Part shown: piece after piece, positions 1 through 11,499 of the stretch | Layout of the letters: each line of letters begins with the position of its first letter | Position numbering within the stretch: position 1 is the first letter of the stretch | Assembly (NCBI RefSeq): GCF_018977255.1 | Contig: NW_024704743.1 | Span: 28,954,001-29,018,000, forward strand | Length of the DNA stretch: 64,000 nucleotides | Direction of reading: 5' to 3' | Source of the DNA: Callorhinchus milii | Lineage: Eukaryota | Program-made: the position numbers and the translations under genes | Notes under the pieces: generated by a model | Databases searched by the model: none | Told to the model about the DNA's origin: nothing | The model's input: only the letters and a program-made list of their open reading frames with translations

Positions 1-130
1 TTAAGGCCTCTGCTTGAGTGATTTTGTTTTGCAACATGTGTGCGTATGGTACAAATAAAAGGCAGTTTACTTATTGCAAGTGTTTAATGCTCGTGTTATG
101 TAGCTCAATGTCACAATGAACTCAAACAAT

Positions 131-330
131 GGCTCTGGCCTGCTCCACGTCCCCCGACCTACCCGCCCCACCATTGGCGGGAGAGCCTTCAGCCACTCTG
201 CCCCAACCTCTGGAACTCCAACCCCCAATCACTCCACCTCGCCCCCTCCTTAGACTCCTTCAAATCCCACCTCAAAACCCTCCTCTTTGAATATGCCATT
301 GGTCATGCCTTTTCCCCTCCCCTCCGCGCC
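131..330 (+). mobile_element. L2-clade LINE 3' fragment
   Basis: Encodes the decayed L2 ORF2 C-terminus (GGRAFSHSAP..LWNS..FKSHLKTLLF), as in the other copies in the window. Confidence 0.8.
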
Positions 331-394
331 CTTCATGCAGGGTAGCATCTTGGAGCCCTTAACAGTGGTGGAGCCTGATGCTGCACTGGGGGAA

Positions 395-810
395 GGTGAC
401 CCTTGGCACGGTTGAAGAGGAAGATCTTAAGACGTGATCTGAAAAAGGGGAAGGAGGGGGGCAAGGCGGAGGGATTGAGGAAGAGAGTTCCAGAATTTCA
501 GGGCGTAGTGGCTGATAGTACGGCTGCCAATGATGGAACGGAGGGGACAAGGATATGTAGGAAGCCAGAGCCAACTAAGCGGAGGATGGTGGGTGGAGGA
601 GTGGAGAATAAGCAGGTTGGAGAGGCAGGGAGGTGCCAGGGCATGAAGGGATTTGTAGACGAGTGTGAGGATCCTTACGTCGATCTGTTCTGAGATATAA
701 AGGCCAGTGGAGCCTGCCAAGGACTGGAGTGATGGAGGTGTGAGTTTAGATCAGGTGAGTTTGGGACTTTATGGATAGTGGAGCTGGGAAGACAGGCATG
801 GAGGACTTTT
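395..810 (-). mobile_element. L2-clade LINE 3' fragment
   Basis: Minus ORF 427..720 contains ILTLVYKSLHALAPP...KFWNSLPQSLRLAP. Confidence 0.8.
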
Positions 811-1409
811 AAATGTTATTTGTTGTTGTTCGATTGTGCTTTCATCATCCTCGCAGAAACTAAGAGTTACCCTGAGGTATTATGATAATCTGAAAAAACA
901 CTTGCAATTATATAGTGCCTTTCACATCAAAAATAATCTTCTCTTAGTGCTTTGCAACATATAATTGATTAGAAATTAAGTGAATATTATATTAGCAAAC
1001 ACAATAGCTAATGCACGCATGCAACATCCCATAAACAGCAATTATATGAGCAGCAAATTAATTTGAATTTGGGAGTAAATTTGTTTTGGGATTATACAAT
1101 ATTATATTACTACCTCATATCTGTTCCAAAGGTGCAATTATTTCCGATATTGTTTATAATTTCCTCCTTCCTTCCCTGTATTTCACTGTGTACGTGGAAT
1201 GTAGTATTAACTGTGGCCCTGATGAATGATGCCGAGGAGTGACTGATCATAAGCAGAGAGGCCCTCATGCTAGGGAATTGATCAAAAAATCAATGAGCAA
1301 TACTATATGTGGCAAGATACCAGCACTGCTCAGGGTTTCTCATTTTCCTGCAAGGATTGGACAAAATTGATAGCAGAAGAATGAACTGTCAAAGCAGATC
1401 CTGGCATTT

Positions 1410-1608
1410 TATTTTGGTCAGCCAGGTGTCTGACACATGCGGAAACCCATCACCACGCTTTAGAGTATCCCCAAAAAACTGATATTCCATGCCTCCCACC
1501 TACATATGGAAATTCCAGAGATATTTATTGGAATGGAATGAGTACTCTCTTGTTGGTGGGATGCACCCTGCTGATCTAATTCCAGAAAGTGTTAGGCGTA
1601 GGTTGGTA
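1410..1608 (-). repeat. Unclassified interspersed repeat (family X, 3' end GTCAGACACCYGGCTGACC-oligoA)
   Basis: Similar sequence at 27068, 41990, 44758, 60750 and 63312. Confidence 0.75.
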
Positions 1609-1640
1609 AGAGAGAGAGAGAGGGAGAGAGAGAGGGCAGA
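1608..1640. repeat. (GA)n microsatellite
   Basis: Directly visible. Confidence 0.9.
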
Positions 1641-1732
1641 ACAATATTGAGATGTCACCCAAGGCTGCTTTCACACATTTCCACTGGCAGGAAGTCTGCT
1701 TAAGCATCACTTCTGTTTAAGCATCACTTCAG

Positions 1733-2700
1733 TTGGTTGTGAGTTCAATCCCCACATTAAGACATGATCTTATGGTTTACATTGATGCTCCAGTGGAGTA
1801 CAGCAGTGTTGCATTGTTCACGCCTTTATCACCTCAAGGCTGGACTATGGGAACTCTCTCCTCGCCGGCCTTCCCGGCACCTCCCTCCACAAGCTGCAGG
1901 TCATTCAGAACTCTGCAGCTCGTGTACTGTCCCGCACCAGGCTTCGCGACCACATCACTCCCACCCTCGCTCGCCTCCACTGGCTCCCCATCCCCCAGAG
2001 GATCGAATTCAAGATCCTCATCCTCACCTACAAGGCCATTCACGGCCTTGCTCCCTCCTACCTCTCCGACCTACTATCCCCCTACCTACCTGCCCGTACC
2101 CTCCGTTCCTCTGGCTCCGGTCTGCTCCACATCCCCCGCCCCAACCGCCCTACCATCGGTGGCCGGGCCTTCAGTCTCTCAGCCCCTAGGCTCTGGAACT
2201 CTATCCCCCAGTGCCTTCGCCACCTCCTCCCTTTCCTCCTTCAAGGCCGGTCTCAAGACCTTTCTCTTTGACCGTGCCTTCAGCCCCCTCTCGACTCTCT
2301 ACCCCCTCCTCACTCCCTCCCTTCCCTCCCCTCACCCTGACCATTTCCCCCCTGCTCGGGTCCTGACCCAACTGTACAGCGCCTTGGGACGTCCTCCCGA
2401 CGTGAAAGGCACTCAATAAATGGAATCTTGTTGTTGTTGTTGAGGTGCCATCTTTAGAAGAGATGTTAAATGTTTTCAGATATTAAAGATCCCGTGAGAC
2501 TGTTCAACAACAACAACTTGCATTTATATAGCATGTCGTGTGGAGTAGCATCTCGTAGTGCTTTAAAAATGGAGTTTATCCCTCCATATTCACTGATTCT
2601 TTACCACATGGCTCTTTTTGGAACTTTGCACATGCAAAATAGCTGCTGTTTGCCAGGAATAATTCTAAACCTATCTATCAAAATTACTTTGAGATGATTT
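1733..2700 (+). mobile_element. Deu-type tRNA SINE, split by an L2 insertion (SINE parts ~1733-1818 and ~2443-2700)
   Basis: ggttgtgagttcaatccc...gttgcattgtt | gaggtgccatctt..gagatgttaaa..aaagatccc is collinear with the less interrupted copies at 28177 and 32352. Confidence 0.7.
1820..2442 (+). mobile_element. Relatively young 5'-truncated L2 LINE with (TTG)n tail
   Basis: Frame reads [64 protein letters not shown]; ends gggacgtcctcccgacgtgaaaggc...ttgttgttg. Confidence 0.92.
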
Positions 2701-2711
2701 TACATGATAAT

Positions 2712-3150
2712 ATACAATTTACATGTATGTAGCGCCTTTCACATTGAGAGGATATCTCAAAGTGCTTCACATTGCTGGCTGAAGATCCAAACTGAGGGCT
2801 GGGAGCTGAAGAGGGTGGGGAGGGGCAAGATGACCAAAAGCATGGTCAAAGAGGTTTGTTTTGAGGTAAGTTTTGAATGTGGGGAGGTAGGAATGCTGAC
2901 CAAAGGGAATGGCTGGGTTAGCAGGGTTGTAGGAGGTCACAGAAGTAAGGTGGAACGAGGCCAAGGAGGGATTTAAAGGTGAGTATGAAGATCTTGAATT
3001 TGATCTGCTGAGGGATGCGGAGCCAGTGGAGTTGAGTAAGGGAGGGATGATAGGCTTGCGGAGCCCAGTGTAGGCGAGGACATGAGTTGCAGAGTTCTGG
3101 ATAGTCTTCTGCCTGTACAGGGTTGAGGAGTCTGGTGAGCAGTGGAATAG
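2712..3150 (-). mobile_element. L2 LINE 3' fragment
   Basis: Minus ORFs read LTQLHWLRIPQQIKFKIFILTFKSL and FKTYLKTNLFDHAFG. Confidence 0.85.
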
Positions 3151-3289
3151 TCAGCATGATAAGGCCCTATACATATACAAATGATTTATTTTGTGTCTTT
3201 CTGGGTTGGACCTAAGTCTAATTAAGAAAGTCATAAATATTTTGATAATGACAGACTTGATTCAAAGCTATTGTTGTCATGCAGTGGAA

Positions 3290-3725
3290 GTAACTACAGA
3301 TCTGGGAAAATGTAAGTGGAGCGACCACATTTGTTTTGAAATAATGATGCAACAAAACAGGGGAATAGAGGTGTTAATATTGCAAAACAAAGGTGATGAG
3401 TGGGGGGGAGGGGGGGGGGGTGGAAATTGCAACAAAATAGGCAGACCATAGAGAGAGAAAAAGTGTGTCTGGGACCCAGATGATGTGGTAATGGTCACAG
3501 AAGAGGGGGAGGCGGAAGGTGAGCTGTTATTTTCTGAAATTGTTGAAATCATTATTGAAGCCAGAGGGCTGTAAGGTTCTTAGCAGATAAATGAGGTGCT
3601 GTTCCTCGAGCTTGCGCTGTGGTTCATTGGAACAGCGTAGGGGGCCATGGATGGAGAGTTCAGAATGCGAGTGGGAGGGAGAGTTGAAGTGGCCAGAAAC
3701 CAGAAGTTCAGGGTTGTGCTTGCCA
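3290..3725 (-). mobile_element. Penelope-like retroelement: GIY-YIG endonuclease C-terminus plus 3' UTR
   Basis: Reverse complement of ~3550-3620 translates QRKLEEQHLIYLLRTLQPSGFNN, matching the E-x-x-x-I...L-x-P-x-G-x-N end of PLE GIY-YIG domains (from recall). Confidence 0.75.
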
Positions 3726-3734
3726 TGTGGTGCA

Positions 3735-3992
3735 TCATTAACATCTCTTTAACTCATCATCCCCTATCCTCTACCCCATTTCCTCCTTGGTCTTCCTTGC
3801 CCTGCCTCCCCCCTCTCTGTCAGCCCTTAAAAGCCTCTCCCTCCCAACATGCTCCAGTTCTGACGAAGGGTTGTGGACCCGAAACGTTGACTCACTTTCC
3901 TTTCTCCAGAGTTGCTGCCTGACCTGCTGAGTGTTCCCAGCGACTTCTGTTTTTGTTTCAGATTTCCAGTATCTGCAGTATTTTGCATTTTG
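3735..3992 (+). mobile_element. Penelope-like terminal repeat (pLTR) in inverted orientation
   Basis: attaacatctct (3737) is a near-exact inverse of agaggtgttaat (3367); contains a hammerhead core followed by gctgcctgacctgctgagt...ttcagatttccag. Confidence 0.7.
3856..3892 (+). ncRNA. Minimal type I hammerhead ribozyme (PLE-associated)
   Basis: AGUU-CUGACGA-A-GGGU(UGUGG)ACCC-GAAAC-GUU-GACU: both catalytic boxes, 4-bp stem II, palindromic ACGU stem III and 4-bp stem I (one G.U pair). Confidence 0.75.
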
Positions 3993-4209
3993 AAGTGATG
4001 CTTTCCTGGGATATGACATCTGGGATATGAAAAATACCTAACAAAACAAAGAACAAGAAAATAGCCTCATTACTTTGAAGTCAAAGTAAAACCTAAAATC
4101 ATGGGCTTGTCCCCACCTATTCTGTCAGCTGGAAGAAACTCCCAGTTAGAGGCATCTAAACCATAAAGTCAATCAGGCAAAAGTTCCATAATTCTACTTC
4201 TCAATCTAC

Positions 4210-4430
4210 ACAACAATAACCACAACCTGCATTTATACAGCGCCCTTCATGGGGTAGCACTTAACACTGGCGAAGTTTGACAATGAGCCAGAGAAGGAGG
4301 GCAGATGACGGTAGGGGCGTTCAAAAAGAAACGTCTTCAGATGCGATCTGAAGACAGGCAGGGAGGGGGTAAGGTGCAGGGTTTGAAGCAGAGGGTTCTG
4401 GAGTTTGGAGGCTTAGTGGCTGAAAGCACT
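4210..4430 (-). mobile_element. L2 LINE 3' end
   Basis: acaac tail followed by ctgcatttatacagcgcc and the antisense C-terminal region. Confidence 0.7.
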
Positions 4431-4434
4431 ACTT

Positions 4435-4680
4435 GTCCTTTTATCCTGTGCAAATGTCCTTTCATCATCTCATATACTGTCAAATAGATATTTAATCTAT
4501 TGAAGAAGTTAATCAGTTGATGAATTGCTCTTCTTGGGAGTCTGCTCCACATAGCCACTACTCTGTGGGGAAAAAAACATGTCTTTTCCTGCTTAAGGCT
4601 TTTTACTATTGAATCTATGCCATTTGTCTATAATGGAGTCACACTCTCTCCTGAGAGGAGGACTTCTCCTTACTTAATAT
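4435..4680 (-). mobile_element. Degraded CR1 LINE 3' fragment
   Basis: Minus frame WSRLPRRAI..INFFNRLNIYL resembles the CR1 end (WNSLP..FK..LD..L). Confidence 0.5.
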
Positions 4681-4689
4681 TGTTAAGTA

Positions 4690-4900
4690 TTCATTGCAGG
4701 TTGGCAAGAGACCATGCTAGGGGACCCCAGACTGTGTTGGGGTACTGCTGGAGTCTAATCGGCTGAAATTGCTAAGCAATTGGTAAGCAAACTCTCTTTG
4801 CTCCAAGGTGACTGGCCTGGCAATGGAATATCTGGGCTCTCTGTAGTTTGGTATGGATACTCTGAAGTATGCCGATAGATTTCTGAGTGTGTAGACAGCT
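4690..4900 (-). repeat. Family X, upstream portion
   Basis: Reverse complement gattagactccagcagtaccccaacaca...ttgccaacctgca matches 60755-60815. Confidence 0.55.
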
Positions 4901-6296
4901 GATTAACCCCCAAAATCCATTGTCTGTCACCACTATATTTTGAATATTGGATATAAATGTAATTAATGCACCAGACAAATGGCATTACATCATTAAAGCC
5001 AGATACGCAGGGGCTAAATGTGCAATGTATAAAATCTATACCCTCAAACTATATTTTTTCAGATAGCTCTTCTAATCTCTCTTCTGTTAATGGCACAACT
5101 GTGGATTTGATTTGTAACACACTTGTGAGTTGCACATAACATCCCAACATTTTGATAAGTCCTTAAATAGCAAGCAAGATATCCAATAAACTGTGGCGTG
5201 ATTTATAAAGCACCCTTTTACACATACCGTACTATATATTGCTGAGCGGATGCCAAATCTAAAGTGCTTACCATGTTTAAAAACACTATGCTGGTCGTAT
5301 CTGATTGCCTTGTGGTTACTGGTTACCGTGCAAACATTCTGCAGGTACAGTACGCTGTCTCAAATAATGTGGTTCAGAGGGAATCTGTACATCATGAAAA
5401 AGCTTGGCTTCGGTTCACACTTTCCAATTCAAATTAATCACTTAATACAGTAATGTCTTATACTGAATATTGCACTATGTTTATAGCTCTGACTTTGTGC
5501 TGCTATCAGACAGATTACACAAATGACCTGTCTGCACGGCAATTGTTATCAACGATTAATGTTGTTTATAAAATGAAATCTGTAAAATCTCTATTGCTTA
5601 TTAACTCTGAAACTCAATGCTACGTGTGTTTACTTAGCTTGTCAATTAGTTGCTATTATTTTTCGTATTGGCTTGTAACAAATGCCTGTGGAAAATGGAT
5701 TTAATGGTTGGGAACCAGTTATCAGATTCTGAGAACTGCTCTGATGGAAAATGGTATATGTTTAAATGCAAAGGAAAACAATGTATTATTATTGTTTGAC
5801 GTTCCCTAAAAGGTTTATTCATGTACATCTGTCCCATGTATTGTAGGCATTCACATTCTATTCTATGCTCTGTGATTAACTATTCTTAAGGTAAAGGGTC
5901 AAGCAGACTTTTTTCCTCTTCTGTTCTTTATGCAGTTTAGTAATGGACATTAGGTATTTTTAGTATGCCCGCAAATACACAGTCAATACACTTCACAGAA
6001 AGTTTGTGAGTCTTTTGAGACTTTCTCAACATTACAGGTGCTATATCAAATATAAGGATTATTATGAAATACTCCTTGGCTGCAGCAAAGGTTTGAATGC
6101 ATAGAATCATGAACTTGTATAACAATGGTAATAGTTCCTTTTAGGGTAAAATGGGCTGTGAGCAGATACAAGGGCAAGGGTTATTTTTAAAAATGTGCAT
6201 AAAGACTGCTGCAGCAGCATTTGTGGCGCAGTATTTTATTCATTATGTTTAAAACAATTTTTTATTGATGCAAATTTTACTGGTCCACCTCAAGGG

Positions 6297-6700
6297 TCAG
6301 CTTGGCTGAGTTGGCAGCACTCTTTTCACTGAGTCAGAAGGCTGTTGTTCTGAGTTCCATGGGAGAAACTCCTCCTCGCTGTTGACACTTTGGTTGCAGT
6401 CCAGAGCGTTTCTCTGTCAGAAGTGTCATCCTTCAGATAATAATCATCCTTGCATTTGATATAGCGCTTTATCACATCTTCTAGACGTCTCAAAGTATTC
6501 ACAGAGTATACTGGAACTGACTGTATATTTGTGGGCGACACATTATCTAAACATGTTCTTCAAGTGGATGTTTCAAGTCCCGTTCACAAAGGTACTGTTC
6601 AAAACAAGAAGGAAGTTTCTTCCAGTATTCTGGTCAGTAATCTTATTGATAAATTAATCATTTTTACTGTGTGACCGTTTGTTAGACTTTGCTATGTGCA
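6297..6700 (+). mobile_element. Deu-type SINE interrupted by an antisense SINE tail (6438-6540)
   Basis: tcagcttggctgagttggcagcactc..gagtcagaagg head, then Deu-like middle. Confidence 0.65.
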
Positions 6701-6701
6701 C

Positions 6702-6906
6702 AATAATAATAATAATCCTTGTATTTGATATAGCGCTTTTCATGTCTTCTAGACATCTCAAAGCGCTTCACAGAATATGCTGTAAAGTGAATTGACTGTA
6801 TATTTGTGGGCGAAACGCGGCAGCCAATTGCACACAGCAGTATCCCACAAACAGTCGTAGATGAGTGACCAAATTATTATTTTTTNCTTGAGGGATTATT
6901 ATTAGG
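6702..6906 (-). mobile_element. tRNA-Ala SINE, 5'-truncated
   Basis: Close match to the 3' two-thirds of 54201-54523. Confidence 0.85.
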
Positions 6907-7289
6907 TCTACAAAGCAATTGGAAAGCAAAGCAATAAATGACTACATTTAACATTATTTACTGTGAAGCACTTTGAGATGTTTTGACATAAGATAACATG
7001 AATAATTATTTTTTTTCTTTACTTCTTTATTTTAGAAATGTCTGCCACTGATAGTAAATATTTACAGTAGTACAACACATAAATTGAACAATATTTGATA
7101 ACGATTTCAATTGATAACTCTCCAATAATAGTTTTGTACATTCTGGAGAGGACAAGAGTGTAATGTAATAGTAGTACAATATTTATGTTTGATATGGCAT
7201 CGTATTGCATCAAAACTCCTCAGATTGCTTCACGTAACAAGTTACGTTTGTGAAGTGTAGTGCCTGATACAAATCTGTGGCGTCAATGG

Positions 7290-7835
7290 CCTCAACCACA
7301 CCAAACTCGCACACCCATCATCCCAGTCCTTGCCAGACTCTGCTGGCTCCTTGTCTCTGAATGGAACAACTTTAAGATCTGTACCATTACAAATGCTTCA
7401 CAGAATATACTGTAAAGTGAATTGACCGTATAGTTGTGGGCGAAAAACGGCAGCCAATTACCCACAGTAGTGTCCCACAAACAGTCCTGGATTGAAGTGA
7501 CCAATTTTATTATTGTTGTTTTGTTTTGGGTTTTTTCTTTGATTATTATCAGGCATGTGGAGTAAGGAAACTTGCCCAAGGTTTCGCCCTGCCGGGAATC
7601 AAACCCAGGTCTATTGCTTGCGAGGTGAGTACTCTAACCACTGAGCTACAGGACTCCATAATGTAAATCTCTTTAAGTCTTAGCACCTCCCTATCTCTCT
7701 AACCTGCCTCTTACTTCTTTATTCAGCTAACACAGGCCTACTGCTAATGCTCCTAACCTCTGGAACTCCCTGTCTCAATCCCTCTGCCTCACCTTCTCTT
7801 TATCTATCTTTAAATCCCATTTGAAGACCTCACTC
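7290..7835 (+). mobile_element. L2 fragment interrupted by a SINE
   Basis: cccagtccttgccagactctgctggctcc precedes the SINE; ctctttaagtct...tggaactccctg...tttgaagacc follows it. Confidence 0.7.
7391..7658 (-). mobile_element. tRNA-Ala SINE lacking its tail
   Basis: Reverse complement starts tggagtcctgtagctcagtggttagag. Confidence 0.9.
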
Positions 7836-8059
7836 ACTCACTTCCCTCCTTCACTGTCCATTCAAAGGATGAAATTGTTTGGCTCCTTTTGGCAAAGAAA
7901 GCAGACCCCAACCTGACCAGCGGGGTCAGTCAACAGTCTGTGTGTGTGACATGTATTATGTGCTAGTATTTGCTTCCAAAACACATCAAGGTTTATTCCA
8001 CACCGTCCAACAAAAGGGAAAAAGTTGTGCAGTGTAAATGTTATGTTTCTGGAAAAGAA

Positions 8060-8145
8060 ACATAAAAAATTTGCTTATGCGGCTCGTGGATGTTTCTCTA
8101 ATATGGCATCCGGTCCTTGGCAGCCAAAAGGTTGGACCAGCTTGC
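8060..8145. mobile_element. hAT (Charlie/MER30-like) terminal sequence
   Basis: tgcggctcg...ccggtccttggcagccaaaaggttggaccagcttg resembles Charlie-group termini (from recall). Confidence 0.45.
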
Positions 8146-8167
8146 TTTAAGCTATCAGCCCATTTTA

Positions 8168-8192
8168 TGTGTGTGTGTGTGTGTGTGTGTGA
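8168..8192. repeat. (TG)n microsatellite
   Basis: Directly visible. Confidence 0.95.
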
Positions 8193-8229
8193 TAACACTG
8201 GTCAGCATGTTAGTGATGGAGCTTTGAGT

Positions 8230-9810
8230 TGATTTTGTGAGATGACAGCATAGTTCTTTGAATTTGCTGTATAGGCTTGAATGATTTTTATGTTCCCGAA
8301 TTTCCAACTGCATTTCTGGTGGATAATGTTCAACCTCGGTGTCTGAAGAGAGAGAAAGGGTTGGTGAAAAGTGCTTTGTTGTTTTTGTCTTCTTTAAAGT
8401 CTTAAAAACGGGCATCAAAGGAATTAATTAGTGAAGAAATTATTTTTCAAAATTGATGATGACGTTACTGTCACTTTTTAACTGTTGCAAGTGAACAAGG
8501 TAATCCAGTTTTTTTTTGAAGCAAAACATTCACAAATAGTTTATTTGGGCTTTGAAAGCTGAAATTAAATTAACCAAAGTTGAAAAAAAGGCAATCCTTT
8601 CCTTGCAAGCATTCATTGAGGTTGTTAAGATGACCAGTAATGTCTATAAGGAAAGCAAGGTCACTGAGACAGTGCTTGTCGTGAAGGAGCTTGCAGTCTT
8701 CAAGAAGTTCTCCTTTTTCCTCCAAAAACGTAAGCACTTTTTATTTTAAATTCCCAAATCTTTCAAGAGCCTTCCCCTTTGATAGCCAATGTGCACTGCA
8801 ATGAAGGAGTAAACTCCCCTTCTTGATTTGTGCCTTCATCAAACAAGTTACGAAATTCCTGGCAGTTTAATGCGGTGCCCAAATTACGTTTATGCAACAC
8901 ACCACAGGATCAAGTATACAAGAGAAGCCAAGTGTTTGGCATAAAGGGCCTCCATACAATGGCCTTGAATAACTTCCATTTCAAAAACTTTTCCAACAAA
9001 GCAACATAACCATTCTTCTTTCCAGTCATAGCAAGGGCATCGGTTGGCGACCCGTCTGTACAAATGCTCTCTAATTTGGACCAGTCAAGCTTATTGTCTT
9101 CAATATATGTTTTTAGTTCTCCAAAAATATCCACTCCCGTGATTGAAACAAGATGTAAACCAAGAAGTTCCTCAATTATATCAACATTTTCATACATACA
9201 CCTAACAAAGACACTGAGCTGTGCCGTGTCAATAGAATCACAACATTCATCCAGTACTAATGAAAAGTACTTACTGACGGAGATAGAACATATAATTTGC
9301 TTTGACACATCACTAGACATCTCATCAATCATTCTCATAACCATGTTTTAAGAAAACGCAATTTCATCTAGCATTGTTTTAATTTTGAGATCACCAGTAT
9401 GTGCAGCAAAATTTAACGGATTCTCTTTAACTACTGCTTCCCCGTCTAAGACTTTTTTCTTCCGAGCTAGTGATAGGGACATTTTATAGGATGCCTTGAC
9501 CATAAATGTCATTTCCTCCTTTTTAATAAAAAAATTTTTTGCTGAGAGGTTGATCCTCTTTTTGGAAATAAAATCTGGACACAAAGCCAACCCAACGGGA
9601 TATTTTGCATTAAATTCAGCATGTGTTTGCTTAAGACTCTGCTCTGAATTAAATACAGCGCCAACTGTAGCACTACAAACCACGAACACTGATTTTGAAG
9701 TTCTCCCTTGTGTAAACAAGAACTGTTCTTCCCAAGATGGATTAAACTCTCTCACCGCGATGTACTCTTCATATTTTCTTTTTGACCTACGAGGCTTATT
9801 AAGCGAAATG
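8230..9810 (-). pseudogene. Fossil hAT transposase (GTF2IRD2/SPIN/Buster-like), frameshifted
   Basis: Consecutive minus ORFs: REFNPSWEEQFLF (N-terminus), FSLVLDECCDSIDTAQLSVFVR and ICTDGSP..AMTG (two catalytic Asp motifs), PPEMQLEI (C-terminal part); broken by stops and frameshifts. Confidence 0.9.
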
Positions 9811-10073
9811 TTTGGGAGTAAAAATCAAACACTTGCAGATCAAACAATTAAACTTCAACACACTTGACTCAAAGGCTGCAGCTCCCAGACTGGCATTGAC
9901 TTTGGTGGCATTCGGGGTGAGGGTAGTGGGCTGGAGGGCAGTAATTATGCCACCTCAGCGTGGGATCCAGTAATTGTTACTGTTATTGGAGTTATTTTTA
10001 AAATGTGTTGTGGGCCACTACCAAGGGTATGGTGTGCCATCTTGTGCCTTGTATGCTGGTGGTTGGTCCCCAC
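8230..10073 (-). mobile_element. hAT DNA transposon remnant including probable 5' terminus
   Basis: Transposase plus a decayed end tgggccactaccaaggg..gtgcc..ggtggttggtccccac at ~10010-10073. Confidence 0.65.
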
Positions 10074-10594
10074 GTTAAAGATCCCAAAAAGAGGAGAGTT
10101 TCTCCTGATGTCTTGGCCAACATTCCTCCAGTTAATTCATTCCATGGCTTATGGGGGACATCGTTGGGTCTGTTACTGTTTTGATATAGTTGCAGCACTA
10201 AACAAAATTGCTGGGAGCATTCTCAATCCCAAGGATTTTGTTTAGCGCAACACCTGTGATTTTATTACAGATTGCATCAATTATCTTTCATTAGATTAAT
10301 CACCTTTCAAAGCAGCGTAGTTAACTCCCATGATGTTTCAGAGAATAACATGTGCTTTGCTGAGTAAATTTAAGGGATTGCCTCAATGAATTATATCTCT
10401 GCATTCTGACATTACTGCTGAGCCGGAGGCAAAAATGTATGGGAAAGACAGAGTTTATTCAAGGTTGCACATATGATTACAAATTTACAACACCTTTAAA
10501 CTTGTTCAGTTCTTCAAAGAAGAGCAAAACAAAATAAAGCTTGACACTGAGGAATATATGGAGACTAGATTTACATGGTGCTTTATGTCTCTAG

Positions 10595-10720
10595 AATCAT
10601 AGACTAGAATAATAGAATCATACAGTACAGAAGGAGGCCAATTGGCTCATCGACCCTGTGATGGCTCTTTGAAAAAGCTACCAACTAGTACCACTCCCCC
10701 ACTCTTACCCCTATGTCCCT
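10595..10720 (-). mobile_element. CR1 3' tail
   Basis: tagaatcatacagtacagaaggaggcc.., same tail as 15090 and 26430. Confidence 0.75.
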
Positions 10721-11047
10721 ATGTGAAGTGTAAGATTCATGCCTTTTACCCTACGCTTCAGTAGCAGTGAATCAATTCAACAACAAGTTACATTTGTATC
10801 CCGCCTTTTACGTCAGGAGGACGTCTCAAGGTGCTGATTCAATAATGTTTGCTAATCAAGGCAGGGCAATTCAATAATGTTTAAGGATAAAGATTAATTT
10901 CCCTATGATATCATCATGTGCGATAAACAGACAATAGAGAGCACTTTGAAAAGACTGGACAATTTGGCTCAGCCTCACAGGCCAATGATGTGCAAGAGGT
11001 CAGGATTCGACTAGCAGTGAAAAGCTATTTGATTCTTGTCTCTCATC

Positions 11048-11440
11048 ATTGTCTTGCCTCTACGGCCTTGCTCCATCCTACCTCTGTGACCTGTTTAACC
11101 CCATATCAACCTGTCCGCTCCTTCCGCTCAGCAGGCTGTGGCCTACTCCATGCCCCCACCTGGCCCCCCCCAACATTGGCAATCAGGCCTTCAGCCTCTC
11201 TGCTCCCACCCTTTGGAACTCCATCCCACAATCCCTACACCTCACTCCCTCCCTTACCTCCTTCGAGGCAAGTCTCAAGACCCTCCTCTTCAACCGTGCC
11301 TTCGGCCAGCCTCCTACCCTCCCTGCTCTCCACCCTCTCTGATCCCAACCTCCTACTCAGGTCCAAATCCCTGACTATCCAGCCCCTTGGGATGTCCTTT
11401 CAATGTGAAAAGTGCTATACAAATGTAATTTTGTATTGTA
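11048..11440 (+). mobile_element. L2 LINE 3' fragment
   Basis: ORF GLAPSYLCDL..IGNQAFSLSAPTLWNSIP..LKTLLFNRAF plus L2 tail. Confidence 0.9.
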
Positions 11441-11499
11441 TCAGAATCACTCCCACTCCTTAGGATGTTTTTTGGTCAACCAGTGGAATGCGTAATCGG

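Noticed and set aside
1733-2419. Longest ORF (228 aa, Pro/Ser-rich)
   Set aside because: Off-frame reading of a C-rich L2 fragment fused to a SINE; not a gene
8230-9810. Domesticated GTF2IRD2-like host gene
   Set aside because: Multiple frameshifts and stops, and degraded zinc-finger residues
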